A stretch of 57,393 bases of DNA, filler included, from Trypethelium eluteriae (Eukaryota), in the NCBI GenBank assembly GCA_051942245.1. It is 4 parts of 4 records of this genome, joined end to end, with 100 filler letters (N's around TTAATTAATTAA, not from the genome) between each part and the next. Parts side by side here need not be neighbours in the genome. Positions count along the whole stretch, not along the records: positions 14,426 to 28,701 come from JAVECL010000696.1; positions 28,802 to 43,063 come from JAVECL010000697.1; 2 more parts are not named here. The stretch is one strand, 5' to 3'. This document shows, in pieces, positions 26,074-39,791 of this stretch (position 1 is the first letter of the stretch; each line of letters begins with the position of its first letter). The translations under genes and the position numbers were made by a program. The notes under the pieces are model-generated. The model did not search any database. It was not told the DNA's origin and saw nothing but the letters and a program-made list of their open reading frames with translations.

Positions 26074-28121
26074 TTAAAACAAATCCGTCATCGCTCCGTG
26101 GCTTGCGTCGCCGACCAACGCTTCATATTTGGCCAAAGTGCCTCTTGTTACCATCCTCTTCGGCCGCTTCCACTGCTTCAGTCTCTCTTCAACTTCTTCA
26201 TCGGAGACACCCATATCAATCCGATTATTCTCTGCATCAATTGTCACGACATCTCCGTCCTTTACCACCGCGATGGGCCCTCCCACAGCTGCTTCCGGAA
26301 CCACATGTCCAACGATGAAACCGTGGCTTGCCCCTGAATACCGACCATCCGTTACGAGCGCAACATTGGTCAATTTTGCGCCCATGATCACGGCCGAGGC
26401 CTTCAACTGCTCTGGCATGCCTGGGCCGCCTTTAGGGCCTTCATACCGAACGATGAGAACGAGATTCTGATTTCGTGGAATGCGGCCCGCATTCAGTGCG
26501 GTACTGAGCTGGTGCTCTTTGTCGAAGACGCGCGCCTCGCCGGTGAATCTCAGGCCCTCCTTTCCCGTGATCTTCGCCACCGAACCCCCCGGCGCTAGAT
26601 TCCCGCGCAGAATCTCAATATGGCCTGTTTTCTTGATGGGATTGTCTAGATTCCGAATGATTTCGTTTCCCTGCGGCAACGACGGCCAGGTCTCGATGTT
26701 CTCGGCCAGCGTCTTGCCCATCACGGTCGGGATACCGCCATCGAGCAACTCCGCCGCCACGAGTAATTTCATTACGGACGGCACACCTCCAATCTCGTAG
26801 AGATCCGCCATATAATACTTCCCGCTGGGCGCTAAGTTGGCGATGAAGGGTATTTTACGACTAACGCGCTGAAAGTCGTCGAGGGTGAGGGCGACGCCCG
26901 CAGTGCCCGCCATGGCTAGAAGGTGTAGGACGCCGTTCGTAGACCCACCGAGGGCCATCATCATCACCATGGCGTTCTCGAAGGAGCGTTTTGTCAACAG
27001 GTCCCGGGGGAGAATATTCTGCTCCATGCATGTCCGAATCGCTTCCGCGACTTTGGCACACTCGCGCATCTTGGCGGGTGAAGTAGCTGGGGTGCTGCTC
27101 GAGCCAGGGAGGCTGAGACCAAGTGCTTCGATTGCGGCCGCCATCGTGTTGGCAGTGTACATGCCGCCGCAGGCTCCGGCGCCGGGGCAGGCATGCCTTT
27201 CAATGTCCACGAGTAGATCGTCCTTGCTTTGAGACGGGTTGTCAGGGTTGGCGAGGGTGTCGAAGAGATAGGCGCCGTGGGCTTCGAGGGCGGTTGCGAT
27301 GTTGATAGGCTTGCGAAGGAGGTTGCTGTAGCCCGGCATGATTGTGCCGCCATAGACCATGCACGATGGTCGGTTGTGACGAGCGAAGCCCATTATGCAG
27401 CCTGGCATATTTTTGTCACAGCCGGGAATGGCCACGCAGGCGTCATGATATTGCGCACTTGTTGTGGTTTCTATACTGTCTGCTATTATTTCGCGGGTTT
27501 GCAGGGAGAATCGCATGCCTAGTAGGTCTCAACATTCCCCTCTGTTTCGAGTTTTAGTCATGTGGGCATACCTTCGTTGCCCATGGTAATGGCATCCGAG
27601 ACGCCAATGGTGTTATATTGCCATGCGAGCATGTCTTGCTTCATGACAGCGTCTTTGACGGTCTTTCCAAGTTCAAGCACTACGTTCGTCAGTATCAGGA
27701 GACGCCTGTTGGATGTCTGCTGCGAGTTTCTCTATTTAGTGGTGAACTGACAGTGCGTACTTCGGCGTTTTATTAGTACCCATTTGATTTTGTCTTGACT
27801 CGAAAAAGCGTGCTTACTTGCATGGATTGCCTTCCCACCAGACAGATGCTATACCAACATGCGGAGCCTTCTTCATGGACCTTTCATCTGGAACACCCGC
27901 GGCATAAAGCATGGCCTGGAACAACATTAACCGATGATGGAGGAAGTAGAAAAAAAGGGACTTGCTTGAGCTGCAGGGTAGTCATGATCTTTGGTAAGAG
28001 TTGAAGAAAACCTATTCAATGCTGGCTTTCCATCACGGACAGCGCCTACAGGTAGGCAAGGAAACTCGAGATATCTCGGTTCCTCCGGTTCCCATTGCTT
28101 CTGCACGTTATGAAATTCCAT
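26074..28121 (-). CDS. ILV3: Dihydroxy-acid dehydratase (IlvD/ILV3 family), 5 exons including an 8-nt microexon
   Basis: [72 protein letters not shown] and TDGRYSG motifs. Confidence 0.95.
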
Positions 28122-28701
28122 AATGAATTGGGATCTTATAGTCTTGCTATGGCTTCTGTCGGCTGTTTGGAGGCTACGCCGATTTTACGTAGTCTAATAA
28201 GGAAGACCGGTTCTGACTCAAGAGTAGCAACTCGAGTCATCCGAGAAGTCCTGAGACGAGTTAGGCAAAGAGAGAAGGAAACTTATCCGCGTGTGAATTT
28301 CACCTATTTGGTAAAGTACAGTATCGTATCTTGCGCATGCATGCATTTTATTGCCTCGTCAAACGCGGGGCAAGTGAAGCTACCAGTGCCATCGCCGAGT
28401 CGAAGTCCGTACTATGGGACGGAAACTGGGTCGATTTCCTCTTAGAGAGATGGTGTCGGCTTTGGCTTAGGCGACGACCGAGTCATTCGCTGGAGTAGTC
28501 CTGTGGTAAGAGGTTCGGAGTTTGATTGATTGATTGATTATGTCCTACACCCAGTCAGGCCTAGCGCAGGCCCATGTGGGGAACTAGCTGACTAATATAC
28601 AGTGTGAGAATGCCCTCGATATTATAAGCTCCTGTACAAGCTGAACCTTCCCTCTATCTAAGCTTTAGGATATGTTCTAAAGTGATGCCAATCTTGCATA
28701 C

Positions 28702-28801
28702 NNNNNNNNNNNNNNNNNNNNNNNNNNNNNNNNNNNNNNNNNNNNTTAATTAATTAANNNNNNNNNNNNNNNNNNNNNNNNNNNNNNNNNNNNNNNNNNN
28801 N
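28702..28801. other. Artificial contig spacer
   Basis: N-run with central TTAATTAATTAA. Confidence 0.98.
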
Positions 28802-31800
28802 GGGTGAGGTCGTTGGAGGGGTTGAGGATGTAGCTGGTGAGGGAGCGGGAGGAGTGGTAGCCTGCTTGGTGAGCAGGGTTGGCTGGGCTGTGGGGTTGGT
28901 GCGGGAGGTGGCGTTGACGGGTTTGCATTTGGTGATGTTGGATGAGGATGCGGTCTCTGAGGGCCTTCATGCTGGGGACGCGCGTGATGGCTTGTCCGTC
29001 TAGACAGGGGAGACTTTCCCAAGGGAAGGCGTGGAGCTGTTTTTCGAGGATTAAGATTGTATGTGTGGGCTTGGTTTCTGCCGGCTCTTGACTTGCGGAT
29101 TCATGGTAAGCCTTTAACGCGTCAATGGTCTCGACAACAATGGCGTCGAAATCTATTTCATCGTAGGCATTGCGCTCGCCATTGAATTGTAGGATGTCCA
29201 CGATGAAATACACCAAGTCCATCAAAGCCTCGTCAATATCCAGGGAATCAATGGTGGCGTTTCCAAGTCCAACGAAGAGTTCGAGTACCCTTGGATCGAA
29301 AGTGACACGCTGGCCCCCAATGTTTTTCTTGCCTTTGGCCTTCCCGATAGTACGGTTATTACCTTGACGAGATGGTAGATGCCGGTCCAGGATATTTTCA
29401 AAAGATTTTTGAAATTGAGTGAGGAGATGCGGATGCCTTCCATGCTGTGAGAAGATTCCTCGGAACCCACCAAGCCAGATATTCTCAATATTGACTAAGA
29501 GATCCCGTAGTCGCGCATCTAGCGCCTCGCGCTCTGCCCACCAAGCAGATCGAGCGCCCTTTACGTTCATGTCGCGAGTATCATGAGTGCTATTGTTCGA
29601 AAGGGAGATGATCTCGAGCAGCTCCTGCTTCCCTTGCTCGAATATAAAAGGCTCCTCATCGTCCATATCGTCGGCTTTCTGCCGTGATGTGGGAAGTCTC
29701 AGGATGAACGGGGTCTCGTGCGCATGATAGCGGGTCACACAAAACTCGTCCTGAGTTTCATTTAGAGATATGGAGACCGCTATCCATGACTCTGGAATCA
29801 CATCTATATACTCCTGTTGGAACCGAGATGACGAAAGCAAGGCTGACACATCTGGGGATGCATTAGATTCGGGCCATGTGAGTAGATTTTGGCCTTTGTT
29901 CTGCCGTTTTTCAGTAGCGATAGAGTTGATGTCGCCTTGGAAGGCATGGTTCCTTGATAGTTCTGCTGAGAAATCAGCCAAAGTATGATGAATTAGGTTC
30001 TGCAATTGTACTTACCTAATGATTGTGCAGTAGCCAGTGGTTGGAACAAAGTATACGAATTTGGAATGTTGGCAGCGGACAGAAGTAACGTAACTTGTGA
30101 AACCATGTTGCATAGAGCGTGAATAATGGGAGTGCCTCCAACTTGCAACGCTTTCTCGTGGACATCAACGAGACAATCTCTTGCTTGTTGCAGAAGTGTG
30201 GCGAAATCCGCTTTGGGATGGCCGAGTTTTCGACCTCCCTTCCGCGGGGATAGGGACCTACTTTGTGTTCTCTTGCACGAAGAGGCATCGGGTATCTTCT
30301 CTGTTGAATCTGCATCTGCTGGAACGATCGCTGGAAAAGATATTGTGGACTCTGGGAGAACGTTGAAAACGAAGTCTGAATTTAACAGCTGCATAGCCTG
30401 AGCAAGGAGATTCTTGAAGCTCGCCATTTGGTGCGAAATGGTATCTTGACGACCTGTAAGCATTGTCCGTGCCTTTTGTAAGACCTCGCTGGCTTCTGCT
30501 ATGCTTCCTTGACGCAACAACATGACTGCCTTCCCGGCTAAGAGAGTGGCAAGCAATCCGACTAGACGAGGGGCGTACACAAGATTCTCGGATTCGTCCC
30601 CTGATTGAGGAGATTTGGCTATGTGCGAGGACTGGATAAGAGTTTTTCTCTGAGATGTTCTGGCTCTGGAGGACTTCAAGGGCCGCTTCAGCGTCTCGCT
30701 ATCATCCACCTGTACTCTAGGTAAGGTCTCTTCGAGATTACTCGCACAAGGCCGCAACCGATCTATGGTACCAACGCTCTGAGAAGAAATTAGGGCTTCC
30801 AAAGTCGCAATTGCACTCTCCATGCTTTGCCGTTCGGCTTCCTGGTTACCTCGTAGATGTTCCAGTTGCGCCATTGACCTGTGATACAAGCCGATCTCTT
30901 GGGTATCGCCTGGAACTGCTCGAGTATTCTCCACCTTATCGAGTAGCTGTTGAGCCTCTTTATCCCGATGGCTACGTATCCAGTATAGACTCGTGTGGGA
31001 ATACACAAGCATTAGCAAGGCATCGGCTTGAACAGCGTTCGCGATCTTTTCGGCCTGTTCACTGTAATACACTGCTTCCTGGAACAAGCCCAGTTGACTG
31101 TAAACATGCGCCAGTTGCAGAAGGGACCGAATGAGGGACGAGACAAAAGGCCAGAAAGCAGGACCTCTCAGTTTTTCATGTGTCATTGACATGATACGAG
31201 GGTGTGAGCTGGAGTCAATTGCTATCCTGGCAACATCTTCCGTCAAAGCATCCACATCTGACTCTATGGTCTCAGACGTAGTCGCATCAGGCTTCGCAAA
31301 GTGCTTGTTCTCTATGATAGCCCAGGTCCGCTGATGAAGTCTTATGCTGCGTTTCGCTTGTGCTAGTGCCTCACCAGCGTCGCCTGATTCGAGCGCAAGT
31401 ATCGACAATACACTCGAGGTGTCAGCAGTAAACTTGTTGTATCTAACACGGCCGGAGTTTGTTGCAGAAGGTCCAGCGAGTTTCTGGATCTCCGAGCTCT
31501 CAGTAGCTAACAGTGTAGCCTTCTTCAATGTCTGACGACTAGCATCGTTTAGTACAATATTTGCCGTTTGGGGATGTTCTGGGTACTTACCATTTGTCCA
31601 CATCGCCAACGTCGAGCAAATATTCAGCATCAACAATTTGGAATTGCAAATTGACCTCCGATGAGCTTGAACATGAAGATAGCAGAGACCGAGCCTCTGC
31701 GATAAGAGATCCGGCCCTACCGCTGTATCCAAGCCGAAGATATTGTGAGGCAACTTGGGTTTTGTTCAAAATCAGGGCAGCGAGATCTGGACTGCTCCGA

Positions 31801-34800
31801 AGCTCCCCTATTCTTGATATCAGGTTCAGCACTGCAACGCGCTCGTTTCCTAGACCTTGCATGTCCAGAAAACTTGTAACTGCTTGCAGCTGCGATATGA
31901 AGTAATCGACTTCGTCGACGCGCTCCGTTAACTCCTCCCATGTTGACGAGGCATCTATAATGGATTGCCAGTCGAGCAAGTCAGACCTAATAGTTCCGAA
32001 ACTAGGCAGGCCTTCATGGAAACATTTTGCGATGCTCCAGCTAGCTTGCAGGTGCTTTTGAAACTTTTGCAATCCAGCGTCAATACTAAGAGCTTGATTT
32101 TGACAAATAGTTTGATCTTCCATTGCGAATGAGAATATGTCCTTATTCAATATGTTTGGATGATCCGTAACTAGCTGGAGAACAGCCCGACTAATCCTAA
32201 GTCGGCGAAGGGGAAAATGTGAAGATGTATAGATCGCAAATAGATGGAGTGTGATGTCCTGCAATGTTCTGGCAATATGCGGATCGACGGGCCTCTGGGA
32301 ACTGAGGCCTCTTGAGATGAGGTGAAGCTGCTGTTCTAGGAGAATGCCGCGTTCAACGGGTCTCAGAGTCGGATCATCAAAGAAGTTCTCGCGTCCTTGG
32401 CCTCCAGAGTTTCCGTTTTGAAGCCTTTTTATTAAAGCTGTCAGAAGTCGTCCGAGATGACGAATGCGATCACTGGAAGTCCAGACGGTCTGGAGTGCGT
32501 TGTGGTCAGCAAGCTTCGCTGCTTCTAGAGACGAGCCAGACTTGACGTGCACATTGATCGCATCCGTCAGGGCATCATGTGCTTCGTCGGATCTGCCAAG
32601 CATATCGAGAGAAGAGACAAATTTCTCGAATTTCGTATTCAGCATACCAGATTCTTGCTCTTGCTGGCTACGCGATCTCAGTATTTCGATTGAACGGCTG
32701 AGAGCCTGTACAGCTTCGTCGGAGATACTAGTCTTGGAAGTCTTGCTTCGATGTGAGTAAATTGCCAAGTACATATTGGAGACTCTGATCAAGTACTGGC
32801 CAAAGTCGAAGTCTCGAGGAGATTGAAGGCCTGTGTCTTTTACCCAAGATTCTGTAAGAGAGACGGATAAAGTGCAATCCTGCAGACTATCGTCTACATC
32901 GACCCAAGAGATATTATTCGTTGAAATTAGCGCTTTTAGGATCCCAAGCACAGAGTCAATCGTCCCTTTTGCAACCTGAACTGCCAATGATTGACAACGT
33001 GACGTGCTCAACGAAGGCTTTTCGCATTTCGCCTCACACGAGACTGCTTTCATGAAGCCTGTGAGGAACCGAAGAGACTTGAATACAAGAGTTCGAGATA
33101 GATCTGGCATTGCCACAGGCATTGAACTAAAGGATGAAGCTGGCTCGCGTGAGTAATTTACGAGGAACTTGACAGCAGCCCGTCGCAGTGCCATAACTTT
33201 AGCCAGCATCGTACTCATTTCAGTTATGTCATGGTAAGATGGGCTTGATATTAGAAAGTCCAGCCCGGCCTTGACAGCTTCTTCAGCACTGACTTCTCTG
33301 CCGGTCGATTCAGAATATCCGAAGTTAGCCAGGTTCTCCAGGACAAGTGTTGCAAGTCGTAGTCTTAGAGAGCTCTGCGCAAAGGCTTTCCCCGTCCTCT
33401 TACTCACTGCCCAAGCGGACTCAGCATGGCCCAGCGCTGCTCGAACATCCCCAGCATCCTGTGCAATCGTGCTCAGCGAGGATTCCACAGATGCCCAGAA
33501 ATATAGATCCTTCAAGTTTCTCAGCCAGGTAACGCTTGCACCATCCAGCAGCTCCTGTAGTCGTGTAGACGACTCAATAGCTAAATCGTAAATCTGCTTT
33601 GTTGTTGAAGAGCTTCTGTTTGCAAACGTACTTAGATGCTTGACGTAAGGTTCCAAAACTTCACTTTCGATATCTGCCTGGTGGTTGACAAGACTCCACC
33701 ATTGGATTCTGGCTTCGAGAGCAGCCTGTTGTAGTATGAACACACTCCGCGGATTAGGCTGAAAGTCTGCATTATGACGAGCAGAGTCCTCTGAGCTAAG
33801 GAAGGGTTGACAAAGCGAGAATAAGGTTTGACTGAGGGACTGTAACTGGCGAGCTGCCTTCTCTTTGGACTGACCTAACTTGACGGTGCACAGTATCAAA
33901 GACGAAGGACAACATATGGAGCTTGGGATCAGATACTCCGAAACAACGTCGAGCATAGCTGGTCTCTTTGCTGCTGCAATGGTCCGGAGTACTAGTAGTT
34001 GATAGCTGACAATAAGGGGTAATACTGGACTCTCATGCTTGATGTGGGTGAGGGAGAGTAAGCTCGCCAACGTCTCGCGCTCTTGACATGAGGGTAAATT
34101 GTTTCTGCGGTTCTCCATCCTCTCGACTGATTGGTTGTCTTGCGATTCTTCCCTCATGAGCCTCTCGAGGCGGCCTTTGAGGACGTATAGCTCTTTGATC
34201 GCCAAAGAATCGAGCCCTAGGTTGACGAGCTTTCCGGCAAGTGCTAGCATACCATTTTCTAATTGTAAAAATGGCAGTCTCTTCTCCGCAGGTCGATCTG
34301 CTTCAGCTAATCTCAGGTATGCAAATGCGGTTCTAGCACACTCTGCTGCAGCAACGATTCCGCCGGAAGAATCATGCTTGCTGACAGGAGCAGACAAGGC
34401 CTTCCGGCCAACGGAAGGGGACCTGCCATTGGTTTTGGCCACCTCATTGACTTCACGTGGTTGTAGCGGATCTCCAATGGAAGACGATGTGCGTGATGGG
34501 CGTCTGTGAGAGGGCTTCCGCTCGTAGTCATGCTCCTTTGAGACCTGCGCAAGAGCTTGCGTTTTGCTTGCCAGAGCCTGTGTCAAGCTTTTCAACGAGA
34601 TATTCACCGTCTCTTGTGCCAGAACATTCTGCTCTCTTGCGCTGAGCGGCGATCCGGAATCATCCTCGTGAACCTTCACCAATTTCCCAGTCCCTGCTTT
34701 CGAGGTCGACTTGGTCCTCCTTTCTGTGGTGGCCGTTGTTCGCGCTTTAGGCCCAGACTTTGTAACCCTGCCATGCTTCTCTTGATTTACGAGACTGGTA

Positions 34801-34925
34801 TCCTTTTTGCTCGATCGTCGCGTCTGTAGGAGATCTCGAAGAATTGATACCGTTTGTGAAGAACAGGATGCGGTTGACTTGAGCGCGTTCCGGACCGCAT
34901 CCACTTGGCTTTGAGGTCCGTCCAT
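28802..34925 (-). CDS. ESP1: Separase (Esp1/Cut1/BimB), 3'-truncated before the catalytic His/Cys
   Basis: More than 2000 codons over 3 exons (introns 31590-31539 and 30015-~29963); peptidase C50 motifs WWAEREALDARL..LL.NIENIWLGGFRGIF, LQFNGERNAYDEIDFD, LHAFPWESLPCL, YILNP..DL. Confidence 0.95.
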
Positions 34926-35231
34926 TTGTCCAAAAACCACATCACCTTCCGCCACAGCTCCTCGAAGTAGACATTATCATTACCAACCGTGGCCAAAAAG
35001 CATTGTGTCACTGGAGTCGCTGTTGCAAGGCTGTTGTCCAATGGGGTAAAGCGACGCCGTTGACCTAGCAACAGCCCTACGGACAAGGAGCTACTTACAT
35101 CCACCCCTCGATCTTAAGACTTCAACCAGTGGCTTTGACATACCGACATTATCCTAGCGCAAATCTACCTGGCTTGGAGAAGCAATCAAGAGCAAGGCAA
35201 GGCACTGCAATCCCTCCGAGTACATGTAGGA

Positions 35232-35936
35232 ATGGCCAGTAGTGCTACTTCGTGCTGGAAATGCCAATCCGCAAGTTTCAATATTTTTCGCACGCGCAAA
35301 GGAGCCAAATCAATTCCACGAAGACATCCCTTTAGCACCACAAACCTACGTTTGCGCTCTAGCTCGGACCCGACATCAGCGTATTTTCCAATCTTTCAGC
35401 CCTCTTTCTGGCGCTCTATCCTTCCAAAACGCAGCCGTCTCGACGCGGGCGCTTCGAGTCCTCGCCAACATTGGCTCCAAAACCCTTCGACTCATGTAAT
35501 CATACTCTCTCTCCTAGCTGGATCGCAAGCAATACAGATCATCGCACTGAAGCGGGAACATTTCAATTACACCCTCCGCGTTGATGCCCACATTGCGAAG
35601 CTCAAGGAGGTCATCGGGCGCGTACAGAAGGGCGAAGATGTGGATGTTAGGAAGGAGCTGGGGACAGGAGATGCGCGCAGAGAGAAGGAGTGGGAAGAAG
35701 TGATGAAAGAAGTCGCGAAGGAGGATGAGGTCTTTGCAAAGCGGAAGAGGAAGAGAGAGGAGAAGGCCAGGGCCGAAGCGCAAGTGGATCGTAGCGGGCA
35801 AGATCTAGCTGGCAATGGAGAATCAGCAACAAGAAATGAGAGTAAAGCTCGATATGAGGCAATGTCTGATGAAGTCACTTCATCACAGATTGCAGTTAAT
35901 GGTAACAGCGCTGGCTCGCAGATCCGCTTTTATTAG
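35232..35936 (+). CDS. Conserved fungal protein, DUF5321-like, probable mitochondrial presequence + one TM segment
   Basis: Arg/Ser-rich N-terminus; FW.S.LPK, LL.GSQAI, LKEVI.RVQKGEDVDV..ELGTGD...EKEWEEV; divergent from separase across about 300 bp. Confidence 0.75.
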   Translation: MASSATSCWKCQSASFNIFRTRKGAKSIPRRHPFSTTNLRLRSSSDPTSAYFPIFQPSFWRSILPKRSRLDAGASSPRQHWLQNPSTHVIILSLLAGSQAIQIIALKREHFNYTLRVDAHIAKLKEVIGRVQKGEDVDVRKELGTGDARREKEWEEVMKEVAKEDEVFAKRKRKREEKARAEAQVDRSGQDLAGNGESATRNESKARYEAMSDEVTSSQIAVNGNSAGSQIRFY

Positions 35937-37704
35937 AACGATCTCATGTTATCAGCGATGTCCGCCATATCTGCACACTGAAAATGTCCTTTTTGCTGTC
36001 ATAGAACAATATCAATCTCATAGACTTCTGTCCTCATGCGTGGCGACTTCTTTGTCTAAGACATTCGAATTGACCTCGATTGCTTGTCTCAATGCTCTTA
36101 CTCACAAGAAGGGATTGGAGAAACAGAAAAGGATACGAAAAGGATCGCCAATGTGGTCAGCTTCTCTCGTCTAGGCTTTCTATTTGTCAAGCAGGAATCG
36201 GAAATTCATGCCTTGAGGGAGCTGATGGATCGCCTTCTGTCTATCTGATATCAAGTATGGAGACTAGAAGCATGGGCGCACCACTCGGCGAACCTTCTGT
36301 TCGTGACGCAAGATCGATATACAATCGAGTTGATGCAGGTCAATTACCACATTGACCACTCGTAAAGCACTCGCCTGCATGCGGTACTCAGTTCGTACCC
36401 TATGCATATTCCATTTCTGGGCTGTCAACACCGACTAGCTGTCCAACGATTCTTTTGGGGGGTGGGCTGTAACTGTTGCTAAGCATTATTCAGCGAAGAG
36501 TTGTTCATCTGTGGATTTGGAGCGGCTAAAACTGCTCATCATTATTATGCATTGCCACGTTGTACGACACTCGGTTAGAAGGCTTATCTCACGAGCTCAA
36601 GGTCTTGCTCTGCATATCGGTCTTCCACAGCATGAGTTCCAGATCTTGGCATGGAACGGGGGACAGCAGGCTCAACCAATGGAAAAGGTCTGATGACTGG
36701 GTCCAATGAACATCTTCAGAATTACCAAATCTCGCTCGGATAAGGGTATCTCGTTCTGGCAGGTCACGTATTATTCGTCGCCGAGTTTCGTATTTATGAG
36801 TACCTCGCTTGGAATAACGGCATGCGAATTCCCGTCGACACAACTATACGTGACCTAGCATATACAGCGCCATCGACCGCTGCAAGCGAATAGGATCATC
36901 ACAGCTCATCAAGTCCTGCATAAGATAACATCACTGCAATCTCAGCAAACGCGCTGAAACACGGTCTTCAACTTCTGAAACCTCTACCATAGTATCGCGT
37001 AAGGTGTATATTCCATTGCCCTCAGAAACACGAGATGGCCAGTGCCGAAGTCCCTCTACCTCTCTTCGATTGTCCAGAGCTTACTCGCGTTTCATACGTA
37101 TTGACCTGCACCCATGGCTTTGCATCCCATTCCAAAATCCCATTCATCGACATAAGACTCCAGCATAACCCTAGCCCTGTACCTTCTGAAGCAACCGTCG
37201 CTGATGCCCCGAAATGAAATCGAATAAAAAACGCCCGAAACGTCCGGAGAAGAAGCGGACAAATAGAAAGGCAAAACAGCTTCTCAATTGGGCAGAGGCC
37301 GAGATTCGTTGTAAAGCAGGGATTCTGAATGAAATGCAGTCAAAGTACAAAGAAAATCATAGTAAGGACAGATATGGCATCAGCGCACTGACGTGTACGT
37401 GCTACAAGCTTGATAATGCAAAAATTTGAAAAAGTTCCATCGATTGCCCAAAACGCCTAGGATGCGCCCATGATGTGTAACCCAGCTCCAGATTCATGTA
37501 AGCGTGCATTGGATGGAAGAGGAGAGTCGTGATTCATTGCTTCGGAACCCAGAATAGTCGATCGCCATTTGGTTACTCGTTGCTGCTGAGCATGTCTGAA
37601 AGAGACAGTCGGAGACGCCGGTATCCAACCCAAGAACGGTGAGCGGTGTCCATATTCAACTCGATCGAGGTCAGCACCGGATTCGGCTTTACTTGGATTT
37701 CTGA

Positions 37705-39791
37705 TCAAGTGCCCATCCTTCTTCTTCGGCCTCGAGTTCCGCCTTCCGGCCGCTGTGCCAGGACCTCGCGAAGCTGTGGATCGTCTTTGTCCTTATCAAC
37801 ATGGTGCACTCTTACATGTCTACGATAGCAGAATTAGCTTTTGCATCTTCATGCAGTAAAGTCAAGTTTTTAGAGCTTGGCGTTACCTTTGTAGATTATC
37901 AGGCCGTGGATATTTGTGCTCCCTGTCCGGACAGAAAGGACAAACATAACCAGGCGATTCGTGAACAAGACCATGGCGGATCATCTCATTCTTTCGTTTG
38001 AATCCCTTGCCCCCTTCCGAACGTGGGCAGCCCTTTACGGGACAATAATGCGGTCGATTCGATGAATGCACATTGGCATGTGAGCTAAGGCATAGCGTGT
38101 CAGCAATGACTGCGTCATTTGTGGCTTTGAAGCCAGATTGTCTCTAATGCAATGACAAGATTCGCCTGCAAATCCCTGGAGTGGAAAGCATGCCTAGTAA
38201 GTGGGAACAGCGACGCTGGACCCCAGACAAGAGAATATGCTCTCAAAATCACAGCAAATGGGAGTGAGCGAACGTACTTCAGCAAATATTGAGTTTGAAA
38301 AGGAGGAGCGTTGCAGCCCGGATATTCGCACCGGTAACCACCAACAGGTGGCGGTCCTTCCCGGGGGGCCTGAGGAGGCATCGGAGGCGGCAAAGTTAAA
38401 TTTGGCCGAGGCGTGCTATCTATACTCATGCGATGCTCCGCCGGAGTATGTGCAGACGAACTGAACCCATCCCCTGAGCTGGGGTGGCTATCAGCTGTAC
38501 TTGTGGAAGGTACAGATGATGGGTAAGAGCTGCCGCTCGTGTCTGTCGTCTGCGTTTGCTGTCTGTTATAGTAGTATGAACTCGAGCTCATCCCGATATT
38601 GTTCGCGGATGGAGGGGAGAATCGGAAAGAGGACTCGGCAGGAGAAGCCTCGCTCAGACTGTGAGCACTCGCTGGAGGAGATGTATGGCTACTTAGGGAC
38701 GGGCCGAATGGCGGGGACCGTCTCTGAGTACTGGTTTGAAACATGCGCGAGATCTGATTTGGAGACTGAGCAATCGCGGATTGAGTACTTGCAGAGGAGA
38801 TCGAAGTCGAAGGACGATGTGATATGCTGTTGTTGCGCGCTTCATGCTCTTGACTCGCAACATCTGCGATGTCACTAAGATGTTGAAACGAGGGCAACTT
38901 TTGTACGGTCTGTGGAGAAGCGAGTGGATTGGGTGGAGAACTTGGATCTTGCATTGCCGGTAGTGTTTGTCTAGGCGATATTTCAGAAGGTGAAATTGCG
39001 TGTTTTCGTAACCGTGGAGAATCGTTGATGGAGTCGGCTGGAGTGTATCCATCGGGCTGTTCAAGGCGCGACGGTCGTCGTGTCCCAGTCGTTGCGCCAC
39101 CCATTCCTTCATTGTTCTGCCTGATGCTCTCGTCCAAGCTTGAGAAGCGACTTCGTGGCAAGTCGTTGTCCCTGGATGAAGGGCTTGTCATGGTCAGAGC
39201 AGAAAACTTGCTTCTTGAGCCTTCCAAGCTGCCTTTCCGCTCGTCCTCCGGGGAAGAAGTGGAAACGGCGCTATCCTTGCGACCCTCTGGGGCATCGCCC
39301 GTAGGAATGCCAAGCTGTATTGACTGCCGCTGGGCAGTGTTCGCAGCGGACGTAGCTTTGGCAGCAAGATTGACAAGCTCGTCGTTTGTTGTACTACTCC
39401 GGGCCAGCGGGTCAGGTCCCGTTGTTGCAAATAGGGAATTCGCCACTGGCCCTTCAACGTCCCCTTCCATGCCGTCCTCCGACTCGGCCTCTGATTGAGA
39501 CGCCGAGTTGAGGGGTCGTTCACCAGCAGTCCGGGAGATATCTGGATGATTGGAGTTTCCGAGGAAGCTGATGAGGACAGCGTCGCCTTGGCTCGCGCGA
39601 GCCTTTTGGCGATTAGCGCGCTGTCGACGTTTGGAAGAGGTACTGACTTCTTCTGGAGATGCTGGCGCTACTATCTGTGGAAGAAATGGTGGTGGAGATG
39701 GCGATGGTTGTGCGTTGACATAGACTTGTTGTAAGCCTGGTGATCGTGAAAGAGCGTCGTCCTCGTCGTAGTAATCCGACGCAGCAGTCAT
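37705..39791 (-). CDS. C2H2 zinc-finger transcription factor (three C-terminal fingers), 3 exons
   Basis: YRCEYPGC...YLLN|SHANVH, CPVKGC...GFKRKNEMIRHGLVH, CPFC...RPDNLQR|HVRVHH; introns 38277-38085 and 37886-37820; start codon uncertain. Confidence 0.9.

Noticed and set aside
29960..29970. Tandem CAGCAG acceptor in separase intron 2
   Set aside because: A common NAGNAG site that changes at most one residue.
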